From an uncultured Thermoplasmatales archaeon (GTDB lineage: Archaea; Thermoplasmatota; SW-10-69-26; JACQPN01; CAZDGP01), in assembly GCA_964505085.1 (NCBI GenBank), contig CAZDGP010000001.1, positions 20,581-84,580 of the forward strand: a stretch of DNA of 64,000 nucleotides, written 5' to 3'. The number at the start of each line of letters is the position of its first letter. The first letter of the stretch is position 1. Below the pieces are notes generated by a model. It did not search any database. It saw only the letters and a program-made list of their open reading frames with translations, and was not told where the DNA came from. Below, in pieces: positions 1 to 9,535 of the stretch. A program made the translations under genes and the position numbers.

Positions 1-332
1 CCATGCGCTTGGGCGCGAGCCCCGTGGAGGTGCAGGAGAAGAGCACCGCCCACGACCTCTACGGCACCACCGGGATCCACGAGCGCCACCGCCACCGCTT
101 CGAGGTGAACCCCGAGTACCACGAGGCCCTACGGGGCGCTGGTCTCGTCTTCAGCGGCACCGATCCCACGGGCCGACGCATGGAGATCCTGGAGCTTCCC
201 GAGCACCCCTTCTTCGTGGGGAGCCAGTTCCACCCCGAGTTCAAGAGCCGCCCCATGGACCCGGCGCCTCTCTTCCACGGCCTCGTGGAGGCCGCACGCA
301 CCCACGCCACCGCCCGCGATGCGGAACCATGA
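1..332 (+). CDS. pyrG: CTP synthase (PyrG), C-terminal glutamine-amidotransferase fragment; 5' end is outside the window
   Basis: ORF open to the left edge. Tail [14 protein letters not shown]...[15 protein letters not shown] matches the conserved class I GATase end of CTP synthases. Confidence 0.9.
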   Translation, partial: MRLGASPVEVQEKSTAHDLYGTTGIHERHRHRFEVNPEYHEALRGAGLVFSGTDPTGRRMEILELPEHPFFVGSQFHPEFKSRPMDPAPLFHGLVEAARTHATARDAEP

Positions 333-892
333 CCATCCTCGCTCTCACCGGCACCCCCGGCACCGGGAAGACCACCATCGCCCGGAGCCTCGGTGACCGG
401 GGTTGGCACGTGGTCCACCTTGGGGACGTGGCCGAGGAGGCCGGGCTCCTCACCGAGGAGGACCCCCACCGCCCCGGCACGCGGTTCGTGGACGTCGACG
501 CCGTGGCGGACCACGTCCACAGCGACATCGAGGACGCCCGCGCGGGAGGAGCGAACCTCGTGCTCGAGTCCCACTGGTCCCAGGACCTCCCCAACGTGGA
601 CGCCGTCTGCGTCCTCCGCGCAAGCCCCACCACCCTGGAGGAGCGCCTCAGGGCGCGGGGATGGCCCCGCCAGAAGGTCCGGGAGAACGCCGAGGCCGAG
701 GCTCTGAGCGTCATCGCCCACGAGGCCGGTGACGCACCGGTCGCCTTCGAGGTGGACACCACGGACGAGGACCCCGATGCGACCGTGGAGACCATCCTCT
801 CCACGCTTCGCCAGCCCGTTCACGCGGACCCCCCCGGGACCCTGGACTGGATCGCCCGGGAGCCAGGGTGGTTCGGCACCCCGGACGGATGA
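329..892 (+). CDS. Fap7/AK6-like putative adenylate kinase (P-loop NTPase)
   Basis: 187 aa with N-terminal Walker [12 protein letters not shown]; size and layout match archaeal Fap7-type kinases. ATGA overlap with the pyrG stop. Confidence 0.75.
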   Translation: MTILALTGTPGTGKTTIARSLGDRGWHVVHLGDVAEEAGLLTEEDPHRPGTRFVDVDAVADHVHSDIEDARAGGANLVLESHWSQDLPNVDAVCVLRASPTTLEERLRARGWPRQKVRENAEAEALSVIAHEAGDAPVAFEVDTTDEDPDATVETILSTLRQPVHADPPGTLDWIAREPGWFGTPDG

Positions 893-902
893 TTCATAAC
901 CC

Positions 903-1574
903 ATGGGGCCCTTGGCGCAACCATCCCACCGAGGTGGAGCCATGCTGGAACGATACCGCGATGACGCCGAACGCATCTTCACCCCTCTCGCACGGGGTTT
1001 CCAGGCCGTGGGCCTCACCCCCAACATGCTCTCGGCCATCAGCCTCCTCATGGCTCTCCTGGCCGGCGCCGCCTTCTACAGGTCCAGCCCCTCCGCCAAC
1101 GCGCTCCTCCTCCTGGGGGCCCTCCTCGTGGGCGTCAACGCCTTCCTCGACGGCGTCGACGGGCATCTCGCCCGCATGACGGGCCAGGCCGGGCCCCGAG
1201 GCGACTACCTCGACCACGTCATCGACCGGTACGCGGACCTCGCCATGATCACCGGCATCACCCTGAGCGCGTGGACCACCCCCATCGTGGGGTTCTTCGC
1301 CATCATGGGGACGCTCCTCACGAGCTACATGGGCACCCAAGCCCAGGCCGTGGGCGTGGGACGCAACTACCGGGGGCTCCTCGGTCGCGCCGACCGCATG
1401 GGGCTCCTCGTGGCCGTTCCCCTCGCCCAGTGGATCGTGCTCCAGCGCGCCTGGACGGTGCCCTGGGGCACGAACCTCATGGAGCTCCTGCTCCTCTACA
1501 TCGCCGTCATGGGGAACATCACGGCGATCCAGCGCTTCGTCCAGGGATGGTCCGCCCTGGACGAGGAAACCTGA
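903..1574 (+). CDS. CDP-alcohol phosphatidyltransferase (archaetidylinositol-phosphate/archaetidylserine synthase-like)
   Basis: Complete family motif DGVDGHLARMTGQAGPRGDYLDHVIDRYAD (D-G-x2-A-R-x8-G-x3-D-x3-D) in a multi-TM protein. An internal ATG at 942, preceded by GAGGTGGAG, may be the true start. Confidence 0.85.
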   Translation: MGPLAQPSHRGGAMLERYRDDAERIFTPLARGFQAVGLTPNMLSAISLLMALLAGAAFYRSSPSANALLLLGALLVGVNAFLDGVDGHLARMTGQAGPRGDYLDHVIDRYADLAMITGITLSAWTTPIVGFFAIMGTLLTSYMGTQAQAVGVGRNYRGLLGRADRMGLLVAVPLAQWIVLQRAWTVPWGTNLMELLLLYIAVMGNITAIQRFVQGWSALDEET

Positions 1575-1639
1575 GCCCCGCCCTCCCTCTCCGACCCGTG
1601 GAAAGCTTCATGTTGGAACCCCGCGGTCCACCCACGTAG

Positions 1640-2521
1640 GTGACCACCATGGGCAACACGCTGCGCACCATCGGCCTCTTCGGCCTCATGATGCTCCTCT
1701 TCATCGTCGTGGGATGGCTCGTGGGAGGCCTCTTCTACGGGAGCCCCATGGTGGGCATGGGGTTCTTCCTCGCCATCGCCGCCGTGCTCAACGTCGTCTC
1801 GTACTTCTGGAGCCACAAGATCGTGCTCTGGAGCCACGACGCCGAGATCGTGGACGAGACCCAGGCCCCGCGGCTCCATCGCATCATCCGGGAGCTCAGC
1901 CACGATGCTGGCATCCCCATGCCGCAGGTGGCCATCACACCCAGCAACACACCCAACGCCTTCGCCACCGGTCGCAACCCCGAGAACGCGGTGGTGGCCG
2001 CCACCCAGGGCATCCTCCAGCTCCTGGACGACGACGAGCTCCGGGGCGTCATGGCTCACGAGCTCGCCCACGTCCAGAACCGGGACATCCTCGTCATGAG
2101 CGCCGCCGCCACCCTCGCGGGCGCCATCGCCTTCGCCGCCCGCAGCGCCATGTGGGGGGCCATCTTCGGCGGCGGCCGGGACCGGGGCAACCTCGTCACC
2201 ATCATGCTCCTGGCCGTCACCGCGCCCATGGCTGCCATGCTCGTGCAGGCCGCCATCAGCCGCAACCGCGAGTTCAAGGCCGACGCCACCGGCGCCCGCC
2301 TCTCGAACGACCCCATGAGCCTCAGCCGGGCGCTCCGGAAGCTTGAAGCTGGGATCGACCGTCGACCGGACCAGGACGGGAACCCCGCCCACAGCCACCT
2401 CTACATCGCCAACCCCTTCCGCGGCGGCACCATGGTCCGTCTCTTCAGCACCCACCCGCCCATGGACGAGCGCGTGGAGCGCCTCCAGCAGATGGCTCGG
2501 GAGATGGGGCAGGCCTTCTAG
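1640..2521 (+). CDS. htpX: HtpX-type M48 membrane zinc protease
   Basis: HELAHVQNRD (HExxH), N-terminal TM helices, C-terminal FSTHPPMDERV typical of HtpX. GTG at 1640, first ATG at 1649. Confidence 0.9.
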   Translation: MTTMGNTLRTIGLFGLMMLLFIVVGWLVGGLFYGSPMVGMGFFLAIAAVLNVVSYFWSHKIVLWSHDAEIVDETQAPRLHRIIRELSHDAGIPMPQVAITPSNTPNAFATGRNPENAVVAATQGILQLLDDDELRGVMAHELAHVQNRDILVMSAAATLAGAIAFAARSAMWGAIFGGGRDRGNLVTIMLLAVTAPMAAMLVQAAISRNREFKADATGARLSNDPMSLSRALRKLEAGIDRRPDQDGNPAHSHLYIANPFRGGTMVRLFSTHPPMDERVERLQQMAREMGQAF

Positions 2522-2573
2522 CCATCAAGACCCTACCCTCCCCGGACGCCCTCTACCGCGCCCTGACCCACCC

Positions 2574-3278
2574 CTAAGCACCGTCGCCTTCCATGGGGAG
2601 GAGGCCCAGGGCGGCCTCACGATGCACCAGGACCTCGCTCACCACCGTCCACACCATGAGCGGCGCGGGTCCCAGGCTCACCACGCGATCCGCGATCCCG
2701 GCCAGGTCCGCGTGGAACCCACCGGAGGGGAAGGCCCCCACCACGACGGTGGCATCCTCCTCCCCCAACCCCTCCAGGAGGGGTCCAGGCGCCACGGGCT
2801 CCCCCTCCGGGCTGAAGGCAACGACCGGGCCCGTGGACCCCTCCTGGAGCACCCGCTCCAGGCTCCACCCCTCCTCCACCACCATGAGGGGGTCATCCCG
2901 CCGGGGGGGGACCTTCCCCCTCCTGAAGAGCTGCTCCATGAGGCCCACGAAGCGGGGGTAGTTCCGCATGATGCGCGTCTCCGGGGCCACACGCACGAGC
3001 TCGTCGTTGCGGGTATGTACGAGGACCCGAAGCTCCTCCCGCTTGTTCAACACGCTGTCCAGCGCCATGAGCAGGGGCACGTGCACGAGCTCTGGGCGAC
3101 CCCGGCGCTCCCCCTCGGCCACCTCGTCCAGGGCGTCGTGGTGCTCGCTGGCATCCAGGAGCGTACGACTGGGTCGCGTGTTCCGTCTCCGCGCCGACGC
3201 CCGCACCGACGGGTGGGATCGCGCCTCCTCTGGCACGATCTCGAGCTCCGCCTCCGCAAGGACCAGGGTCAGGACCAT
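2574..3278 (-). CDS. nep1: Ribosomal RNA small subunit methyltransferase Nep1 (EMG1/SPOUT)
   Basis: C-terminal 234 aa of the 502-aa track ORF. MVLTLVLAEAELEIVP, RPELVHVPLLMALDSVLNK and RIMRNYPRFVGLMEQLF match the Nep1 family. Start set at ATG 3278. Confidence 0.85.
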   Translation of the reverse strand: MVLTLVLAEAELEIVPEEARSHPSVRASARRRNTRPSRTLLDASEHHDALDEVAEGERRGRPELVHVPLLMALDSVLNKREELRVLVHTRNDELVRVAPETRIMRNYPRFVGLMEQLFRRGKVPPRRDDPLMVVEEGWSLERVLQEGSTGPVVAFSPEGEPVAPGPLLEGLGEEDATVVVGAFPSGGFHADLAGIADRVVSLGPAPLMVWTVVSEVLVHREAALGLLPMEGDGA

Positions 3279-3422
3279 GGAGACCCCACATCCCCCGGGG
3301 GTCATGAAGGGTTCGGCGACGCGGGGGAACCTCGGGAGGATGTGGAAACGTTTACGTATCATGGGGCAGAGAACCCCCGTAGGCCCCCGGAGCCGGGGAG
3401 CGGCCGGGGGCACGAGGGTCAC

Positions 3423-5162
3423 ATGGAAGACCACGGCGACAAGGAGCACCTTTGGGCCAGGCTCACCGAGCCCAGCCCACTGCTTACCGACCCCATCGAA
3501 CGCCGCCAGGCCAGGGACCTCTCGAGCCTCCTCCTGATGCTCAGCATCCTCACCCTCATGGGAAGCGTGCTCGCCCCCTTCCTCATCCCTCCAGGCGCAG
3601 CCGTCGACGGGGTGCGGGTGAGCCAGGTTGGCATCCTCGCTACGCTTCTCCTCGAGGCGGGGTACTTCCTGAGCCGCACCCGGAACGTCCGCGACGCCAG
3701 CCTCCTCATGGTGGCTGTGGCCGAGGGCACCGCCTGGGGCGCCGTCCTCCTCTCCCCCCTGGGCACCGGCCCCACCCTCGTCCTCGTCCTGGTGGTGCCG
3801 TTGCTCCTGGCGAGCCTCACCCTCCCCACCGCCTACACCATCGCCCTGGGCACCGTGAACCTCATGGGTCTCGCCGTGGCGCCCCGGTCGGGCATCACCA
3901 CGCTCCCCCTGGACCCCTTCCCCGTGGCCCTCCTTGGCATCGTGACGCTCCTCCTCACCGTCACCGCCCTCTACCGGAACCGGGACCTCGTGCACATGGA
4001 AACCCAGAGGAACCGCCTCACCGAGACCGAGGACCGGGTGAAGACCCTCTACGAGGCCACCTTCGAGGGCATCGTGGTGCACAAGGACGGGAAGGTCCTC
4101 GACGCGAACCGGTCCCTGGGACCCATGTTCGGGTACGGGATCCGGGAGGTCGTGGGGATGGACATCCTGGAGCTCTTCAAACGCGGGTACCGTGAGGAGT
4201 TCGAGGCCTCACCCCCCTGGGGGAAGGGCGGGCGTCAGGAGGCCCAGGCCCTCCACCGGGACGGGTCGGAGTTCGACGTGGAGTTCCTCAGCAAGCCCCA
4301 CACCATGGACGATCGGCAGGTGTGGATCACGGCCTTCCGTGATATCACGGAACAGAAGCGGAGCCGCCGCGTCCTCCTGGAGTACATGGCCCGGTTGAAG
4401 CGCAGCAACGACGAGCTCGAGCAGTTCGCCTACGCCACGGCCCACGACCTCCAGGAACCCCTCCGTGACATCGGCCGGTACGTCCAGCTGCTGGAGCAAC
4501 GGTACGGCCACCTGCTGGACGAGGAGGGGCAAAGCTACGTCGACACCGCTGTCCAGGGCGCGAACCGCCTCCACGCGCTCCTCAACGACCTCCTGGAGTA
4601 CCTCCACGTGGCGGAGGAGCCTCCCGAGATCGAGAGCGTGGACCTGGAGGAGGTCATCCCCTCGGTCCTGCGGGAGCTCGAGGACGAGATCGACCGGGCC
4701 CACGCCGCCGTCACCGTGGGGGACCTGCCCGTGCTCCAGGTGGACCGCCAGGACATCACCATCGTCCTCCGGCACCTCATCAGCAACGGGCTCAAGTTCC
4801 ACGCGGGAACGACGCCCCGCGTCCACGTGGACGGGGAGCGGGGGGACGGCGCATGGCTCGTCACGGTGGAGGACAACGGCATCGGCATCGCGCCCGAGTA
4901 CCACGACCGCATCTTCAGCCTCTTCCGGCGCCTCCACCAGCGGAACGAGTACCCGGGAACCGGCATCGGGTTGGCGGTGGCGAAGAAGGTGGTGGAGAAC
5001 CACGGCGGCACCATCCGCGTCTCCAGCCGCCGGGGCGAGGGAAGCCGGTTCACCCTGCGCATCCCCGATCCCGGCAACAGGGACCCCTCCACGCCCATCG
5101 AGGACATCAACCTGGAGGAGCTCCCCGACGCATCCGGCGTCATCGGCCCCAGCAACATCTGA
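3423..5162 (+). CDS. Membrane PAS sensor histidine kinase (orphan)
   Basis: Track ORF 2343-5162 trimmed to the first ATG past the antisense nep1 overlap. Several hydrophobic segments, a PAS-like block (LYEATFEGIVVHKDGKVLDAN...WITAFRDITEQK), H-box FAYATAHDLQEPLRDI, and HATPase boxes DNGIGIAPEY / GTGIGLAVAKKVVENHGG. Confidence 0.85.
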   Translation: MEDHGDKEHLWARLTEPSPLLTDPIERRQARDLSSLLLMLSILTLMGSVLAPFLIPPGAAVDGVRVSQVGILATLLLEAGYFLSRTRNVRDASLLMVAVAEGTAWGAVLLSPLGTGPTLVLVLVVPLLLASLTLPTAYTIALGTVNLMGLAVAPRSGITTLPLDPFPVALLGIVTLLLTVTALYRNRDLVHMETQRNRLTETEDRVKTLYEATFEGIVVHKDGKVLDANRSLGPMFGYGIREVVGMDILELFKRGYREEFEASPPWGKGGRQEAQALHRDGSEFDVEFLSKPHTMDDRQVWITAFRDITEQKRSRRVLLEYMARLKRSNDELEQFAYATAHDLQEPLRDIGRYVQLLEQRYGHLLDEEGQSYVDTAVQGANRLHALLNDLLEYLHVAEEPPEIESVDLEEVIPSVLRELEDEIDRAHAAVTVGDLPVLQVDRQDITIVLRHLISNGLKFHAGTTPRVHVDGERGDGAWLVTVEDNGIGIAPEYHDRIFSLFRRLHQRNEYPGTGIGLAVAKKVVENHGGTIRVSSRRGEGSRFTLRIPDPGNRDPSTPIEDINLEELPDASGVIGPSNI

Positions 5163-5174
5163 TGCGCGTCGGCC

Positions 5175-6557
5175 TCACGCGGGCTCGAACGTGCTCGTGA
5201 AGTGCCGCAGGGTCGGTGTCTCCTCGTCGAAGGCCAACCCCGGGATGTCCTCCCGGCGCTTCCACACATCCACGACGGTCTCCACCACGTGCTCCAGGTG
5301 GCTCCGCGTGTAGGTTCGGGCGGGGATGGCCAAGCGCACGAGCTCCATCTCAGGATGCACGTTCTCCCCCGTGTCGGGGTCGCGTCCGCGCAGCACCGTC
5401 CCGATCTCCACCGTACGCACCCCACCCTCCCGGTAGAGCTCCACCGCCAGCGTCTGGCCCGGAAGCTCGTCCCGGGGGAGATGGGGGAGGAAGCTCAACG
5501 CATCCAGGTACACGGCGTGGCCTCCCGGCGGCGAGAGCAGGGGGATCCCCCTCTCGCGCAGGGTCTCGTGGAGCCACGAGACCTGCCCCACGCGGTGGGC
5601 CAGGTGCTCCTCCCCCACGCCCTCCCGCAACCCCACCGCCATAGCCGCCAGGTCCCGCCCGGCGAGACCTCCGTACGTGGGGAAGCCCTCGTGGAGCACC
5701 GTGGGGGGCACGAGCTCGTCGAACAGGGCCTCGTCCCGCACCGCGATGAACCCTCCGATGTTCACGAGGGCGTTCTTCTTCGCGCTCATGAGCACGCCGT
5801 CAACGAGCCCCATCATCTCCCGTGTGATCTCCTCCACGGACCGGTTCCCCTGCCCCTCCTCCCGCTGCTTCACGAACCACGCGTTCTCCGCGAAGCGCGC
5901 CACGTCCAGGAAGAGACGCACCTCGTGCTCCCGGGCGAGCTTGGCCACACCCTGTAGGTTCGAGAGGCTCACGGGTTGCCCTCCGAGGCTGTTGCACGTC
6001 ACCGTCACGAGAACGTACGCCACCTCGCCGCCGCGGTCCCGCAGCACCTCCTCCAGCGCGTCGAGGTCCACGTTCCCCTTGAACGGGTGGTGCTTGGCGG
6101 GTTGGCGACCCTCCGGCACCGTCACATCCACCACGCGACCACCCTTGTCCTCGATGTGCCCCCGGGTGGTGTCGAAGGGGGCGTTCCCCACCACCAACCG
6201 CCTGCTCGACCCCTCCAGCAGCACCCGGTTGAACACGTGCTCCGCGCCCCGCCCCTGGTGCATGGGCAGGACGTGGGGGAACCCCAGCACGTCCTCCACG
6301 GCCTCCTGGAAACGGTGGAAGCTCCGGCCCCCCGCGTAGGACTCGTCCCCCGACATGAGGGCACCCCACTGTGCGGAGCTCATGCTCCCCACGCCGCTGT
6401 CCGTGAGAAGGTCCACGTAGACGTCCTCGCTCGCAACGTCGAAGAGGTTGTACCCCGCCTCCCGCAAGGCCTCCTCCCGCTCCTCCGGGGAGGGGAGATG
6501 GATGGGTTCCACAGCCTTGATGCGGTAGGGGGGTGGAGTACGCTTGGACCCGGGCAT
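5175..6557 (-). CDS. Beta-eliminating lyase, tryptophanase/tyrosine phenol-lyase family (PLP)
   Basis: YRIKAVEPI...DVYVDLLTDSGVGSMS and the PLP-lysine context MSAKKNALVNIGGF. ATG 6557 aligns with TnaA/TPL N-termini and lies 29 nt downstream of an ATAAAC TATA-like hexamer. The track start at 6590 would add 11 codons. Confidence 0.85.
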   Translation of the reverse strand: MPGSKRTPPPYRIKAVEPIHLPSPEEREEALREAGYNLFDVASEDVYVDLLTDSGVGSMSSAQWGALMSGDESYAGGRSFHRFQEAVEDVLGFPHVLPMHQGRGAEHVFNRVLLEGSSRRLVVGNAPFDTTRGHIEDKGGRVVDVTVPEGRQPAKHHPFKGNVDLDALEEVLRDRGGEVAYVLVTVTCNSLGGQPVSLSNLQGVAKLAREHEVRLFLDVARFAENAWFVKQREEGQGNRSVEEITREMMGLVDGVLMSAKKNALVNIGGFIAVRDEALFDELVPPTVLHEGFPTYGGLAGRDLAAMAVGLREGVGEEHLAHRVGQVSWLHETLRERGIPLLSPPGGHAVYLDALSFLPHLPRDELPGQTLAVELYREGGVRTVEIGTVLRGRDPDTGENVHPEMELVRLAIPARTYTRSHLEHVVETVVDVWKRREDIPGLAFDEETPTLRHFTSTFEPA

Positions 6558-6570
6558 GGACCCGCCCAAG

Positions 6571-6578
6571 CGTTGTAC
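6571..6578 (-). promoter_or_regulatory. GTACAACG core box (contains TGTACA) between the TATA-like element and the ATG of the tryptophanase-family gene
   Basis: Minus strand reads GCATAAACCTGTACAACGCTTGGGCGGGTCC-ATG. The same 8-mer occurs at 25967-25974 and 35082-35089. Confidence 0.45.
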
Positions 6579-6580
6579 AG

Positions 6581-6586
6581 GTTTAT
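6581..6586 (-). promoter_or_regulatory. TATA-like ATAAAC, 29 nt upstream of ATG 6557 (leaderless geometry)
   Basis: Only AT-rich patch in the 133-nt spacer. Spacing matches other first genes in the window. Confidence 0.4.
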
Positions 6587-6690
6587 GCATTTCCCCTGGA
6601 GGGTGTCACCGCGATCGGCTGCACCTCGCCGGGGCATGACCCAGGGGACCCTGGACCAGGGTCGTCTCCGGGCCCGTTGGACCTACGGGG

Positions 6691-7026
6691 TTACGTGTCG
6701 AAGACGTCGCCGAGCAAGCCGGCTTCCGCGAGCTCGTAGGGGTCGTCGCCCGCATCACCCTTGGAGCGGACCACCCGCATGACGCGGGCGCCCTCCTCCA
6801 CGGCGGCGGGGACCTTGAAGCCGACGTCGCTCCCGGGCTCCGCCTCCCGGGCGGGTCCGCTGGGGAGCTGGAGGGTCTCCACGCGGTCCTCCACGTCGGT
6901 CCCGGGCCCCGTGATGTGGACGAGGTCCCCCGACCGCAGCCCGCCCTCCTCCAGGTGGACGCGGGCGGCGCCCAGGTCCGGGTCGTACTCGACGACGCGT
7001 CCGATGGGCTCCTCGTGTCGCGTCAT
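6691..7026 (-). CDS. Small conserved-looking beta-barrel protein (EF-Tu domain-2-like), function unknown
   Basis: 111 aa from ATG 7026. IGRVVEYDPDLGAARVHLEEGGLRSGDLVHITGPG...VETLQL resembles small translation-factor domain II-like barrels. The upstream part of the track ORF overlaps the purP 3' end. Confidence 0.5.
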   Translation of the reverse strand: MTRHEEPIGRVVEYDPDLGAARVHLEEGGLRSGDLVHITGPGTDVEDRVETLQLPSGPAREAEPGSDVGFKVPAAVEEGARVMRVVRSKGDAGDDPYELAEAGLLGDVFDT

Positions 7027-7117
7027 CGCTAGTCCATGGACCGGACCTGCTTGAAGAAGCTTGGGGCCCAGCAAGCTCCGGTGCAAGGGTGGAGGCACCC
7101 GGTGCGGTCGTGGAGGT

Positions 7118-8224
7118 CTACGTGCACACCTGGTCCAGCTCACCGCGCTTCGCCGCCACCTTGATCTCCTGGGCGATGCGGCGGCCGGTGCTGAGGTCCG
7201 GCTGGATGAGGTCGCTGTAGGGGCTCCCCGTGATGTAGGGGTTCGTGCCGGCGACGATGCGGGCGCTGATCTCGAAGACCTCGAACTCCAGCTCGTCCGT
7301 CACCACCGTCTCGAGGCAGAAGGAGCCGTTGACGCCTCCGAAGAGGTCGAGGCTCTCCTCCACCACCCGCTCCCCCATGTCGAAGGCCTTCTTGAGGAGG
7401 GACTCCCGCATGACGAGGGGGAAGTTCCCCGTGACGACGAAGGTGGGGGTGATGCCCATGTGGTACTCCAGGTCCGCGATGCTTCCGAGCCTATTGGCTT
7501 CGTCGATGTTCGTCTCGTCGCGGCGGTCCACGCTCAGCATCTGGAGCTGACCCAGGTCGTCCCCGGTGCTCCAGCCGTCGCGGTCACGCTGCGCCAGGAC
7601 GCGGTAACCGTCCTCCGCCAGGGGACTGTAGAAGTAGTGGAGGTAGTACCGCGTGCCCAGGACGAACTCCTGGATGGTGTGGGGTACCGACTCGTCCACG
7701 CGGTTCTTGTAGTCCTGGTAGTTCTTGCAGATGAAGAAGCCCTTGCCGCCCTTGGCACCGTGGTACTTCACGATGCAGGGCTGCACGATCTCCTTGGGGT
7801 CCTCGATCTCCCGAGGCATCTTGATGCCGGCGCCCTCGAGCCACGTCCGCTCCTTGTCCCGGTCGCTCTCCCAGTCCAGGACGTTCCGGTTGCCGAAGGT
7901 CGGCACGGGAAGCTCGGCGAAGCGGTCCGCGCCCATGTACTCCACGAAGCTCCCGTGGGGCACGATGATGACGTTGTCGTCCACGAGGTCGTCGGCGAGC
8001 TCCGTGAGCTCCGCCCAGGTCTCCAGGTTCAGGAACTCGTCGGGCTTACCCCGGGGGTAGGCATCGTAGAAGCGGGGAGCTTCGCCCTTCGTGATGCCCA
8101 GGGTCTTGAACCCCTCCTTGCGAGCGCCATCGAAGATCTGCAGGCTCGAGTGGCTCGTGACGGTCGCGATGGTGATCTCCGCGGGGTCGTAGTCCTCCAG
8201 GAGTGAGTGGGCATCGAAGGGCAT
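7118..8224 (-). CDS. purP: FAICAR synthetase PurP (5-formaminoimidazole-4-carboxamide ribonucleotide synthetase, ATP-grasp)
   Basis: LLEDYDPAEITIATVTSHSSLQIFDGARKEGFKTLGI and an ATP-grasp body match archaeal PurP. ATG 8224 has AAGGTGA 5 nt upstream. Confidence 0.9.
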   Translation of the reverse strand: MPFDAHSLLEDYDPAEITIATVTSHSSLQIFDGARKEGFKTLGITKGEAPRFYDAYPRGKPDEFLNLETWAELTELADDLVDDNVIIVPHGSFVEYMGADRFAELPVPTFGNRNVLDWESDRDKERTWLEGAGIKMPREIEDPKEIVQPCIVKYHGAKGGKGFFICKNYQDYKNRVDESVPHTIQEFVLGTRYYLHYFYSPLAEDGYRVLAQRDRDGWSTGDDLGQLQMLSVDRRDETNIDEANRLGSIADLEYHMGITPTFVVTGNFPLVMRESLLKKAFDMGERVVEESLDLFGGVNGSFCLETVVTDELEFEVFEISARIVAGTNPYITGSPYSDLIQPDLSTGRRIAQEIKVAAKRGELDQVCT

Positions 8225-8263
8225 GAGGGTCACCTTGAACGGCTCCGAACGTGGTGACCCGTT

Positions 8264-8269
8264 GTAAAT
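8264..8269 (-). promoter_or_regulatory. TATA-like ATTTAC 45 nt upstream of purP (leadered mRNA with SD)
   Basis: Minus strand GGAAGATTTACAACGGG; the only AT-rich element in the spacer. Confidence 0.35.
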
Positions 8270-8318
8270 CTTCCTCCGAACGGGGCCCGTGCGACGCTGG
8301 CAGGGTGGCCGCAAGCCC

Positions 8319-9485
8319 TCAGCGGAGCGCGTCCAGGGCGTCGGGGAGGAGGGTGAGCAAGCGGCCGATGGTCTCACGGCTCGCGGCGTAGCTCAGGCGG
8401 AGGTGCCCCTCGCCCTCGCTCCCGAAGGCGCTCCCGGGGGTGGTGGCGATGCCCGCGGAGTGGAGCAGGTGCTCGCTGAGCTCCTGGCTCGTGGCGTCCA
8501 CGTCGAAGCGGGGGAAGGCGTAGAAGGCGCCCTCGGGCAGGGGGCAAGAGACGCCGTCGACGTCGTTGAGGCCCTTCACGAGGAGATCCCTCCGGGCGCG
8601 GAACTCCTCCACCATGGCGTCGAGGGGCGCAGGGTCCATCTGGAGGGCCGTGACGCCGGCTCGCATGGCGAAGGTCGTGGGGTGCGTGAGGGTGTGCTGC
8701 TGGAGCTTCACCACCTGCTCCAGGAGCTCTCGCCGGGCCACCACCCATCCCAGGCGCCACCCGGTCATGGCGTAGCCCTTGCTGAAACCGTTGATGGTGA
8801 GGGTTCGCTCGAACATACCCTCCAAACTCGCGGGGGAGAGGGGCTCCCGCTCGTACGTGATGCGCTCGTAGAGCTCGTCGCTCAGGACGTCGAAACCGTG
8901 GTCCCGGGCGAGGTCCGCCACGCCCCGGATGTCCTCGTGGGTCATCATGGCGCCCGTGGGGTTGGAGGGGCTCACCATGATGAGGAGGCGGGTGGCGTCC
9001 GTGACGTGCTCCGCCACGCGCTCGGGGGTGAGCCGGAACCCCACGTCGGCGCCGGCTGGAACGCGAACCGGGGTACCCCCGGCGAGGTTCACGAGGGGCT
9101 CGTAGGAGACCCACCCGGGGTCGGGGATGAGGACCTCGTCGCCCTCCTCCACGGTGCCGAAGATGCTGTAGAAGATCGCTTGCTTGGCGGGGGCCACGAG
9201 GACGTGCTTGGTCTCCGCCGGGATGCCGTTCTCCTCCCGGCTCTTCTCGGCGATGGCCTCCCGGAGGTCCGGCAACCCCCAGGCGCTCGTGTACCCCGTC
9301 TCCCCGTCGTCCAGGCTCGCCTTGGCCGCGTCCTTGATGACCTCGGGCGTGTCGAAGTCGGGTTCCCCCACGTTGAAGGCCAGGACCTCCCGGCCCTGGC
9401 TTCGCAGGTCGTTCACGATGTCCGTGATCTTCACCGTGCCGCTGGCGGCCACCCGGTCGAGCCGGCTTGCATGGGGGAGGGGCAT
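8319..9485 (-). CDS. Class I/II (aspartate-type) aminotransferase
   Basis: NVGEPDFDTP and SKGYAMTGWRLGW (PLP-lysine motif); 388 aa. Confidence 0.85.
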   Translation of the reverse strand: MPLPHASRLDRVAASGTVKITDIVNDLRSQGREVLAFNVGEPDFDTPEVIKDAAKASLDDGETGYTSAWGLPDLREAIAEKSREENGIPAETKHVLVAPAKQAIFYSIFGTVEEGDEVLIPDPGWVSYEPLVNLAGGTPVRVPAGADVGFRLTPERVAEHVTDATRLLIMVSPSNPTGAMMTHEDIRGVADLARDHGFDVLSDELYERITYEREPLSPASLEGMFERTLTINGFSKGYAMTGWRLGWVVARRELLEQVVKLQQHTLTHPTTFAMRAGVTALQMDPAPLDAMVEEFRARRDLLVKGLNDVDGVSCPLPEGAFYAFPRFDVDATSQELSEHLLHSAGIATTPGSAFGSEGEGHLRLSYAASRETIGRLLTLLPDALDALR

Positions 9486-9535
9486 GGGGTTCGTGAGGGG
9501 GAACCGCGGGTGGGAACTTGAAGCTTCCCCGACCC

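Noticed and set aside
2343-3422. The 360-codon N-terminal extension of the histidine-kinase track ORF (2343-5162).
   Set aside because: It overlaps nep1 on the opposite strand, has a Pro/Arg/His-rich non-protein-like sequence, and the kinase TM region begins only after ATG 3423.
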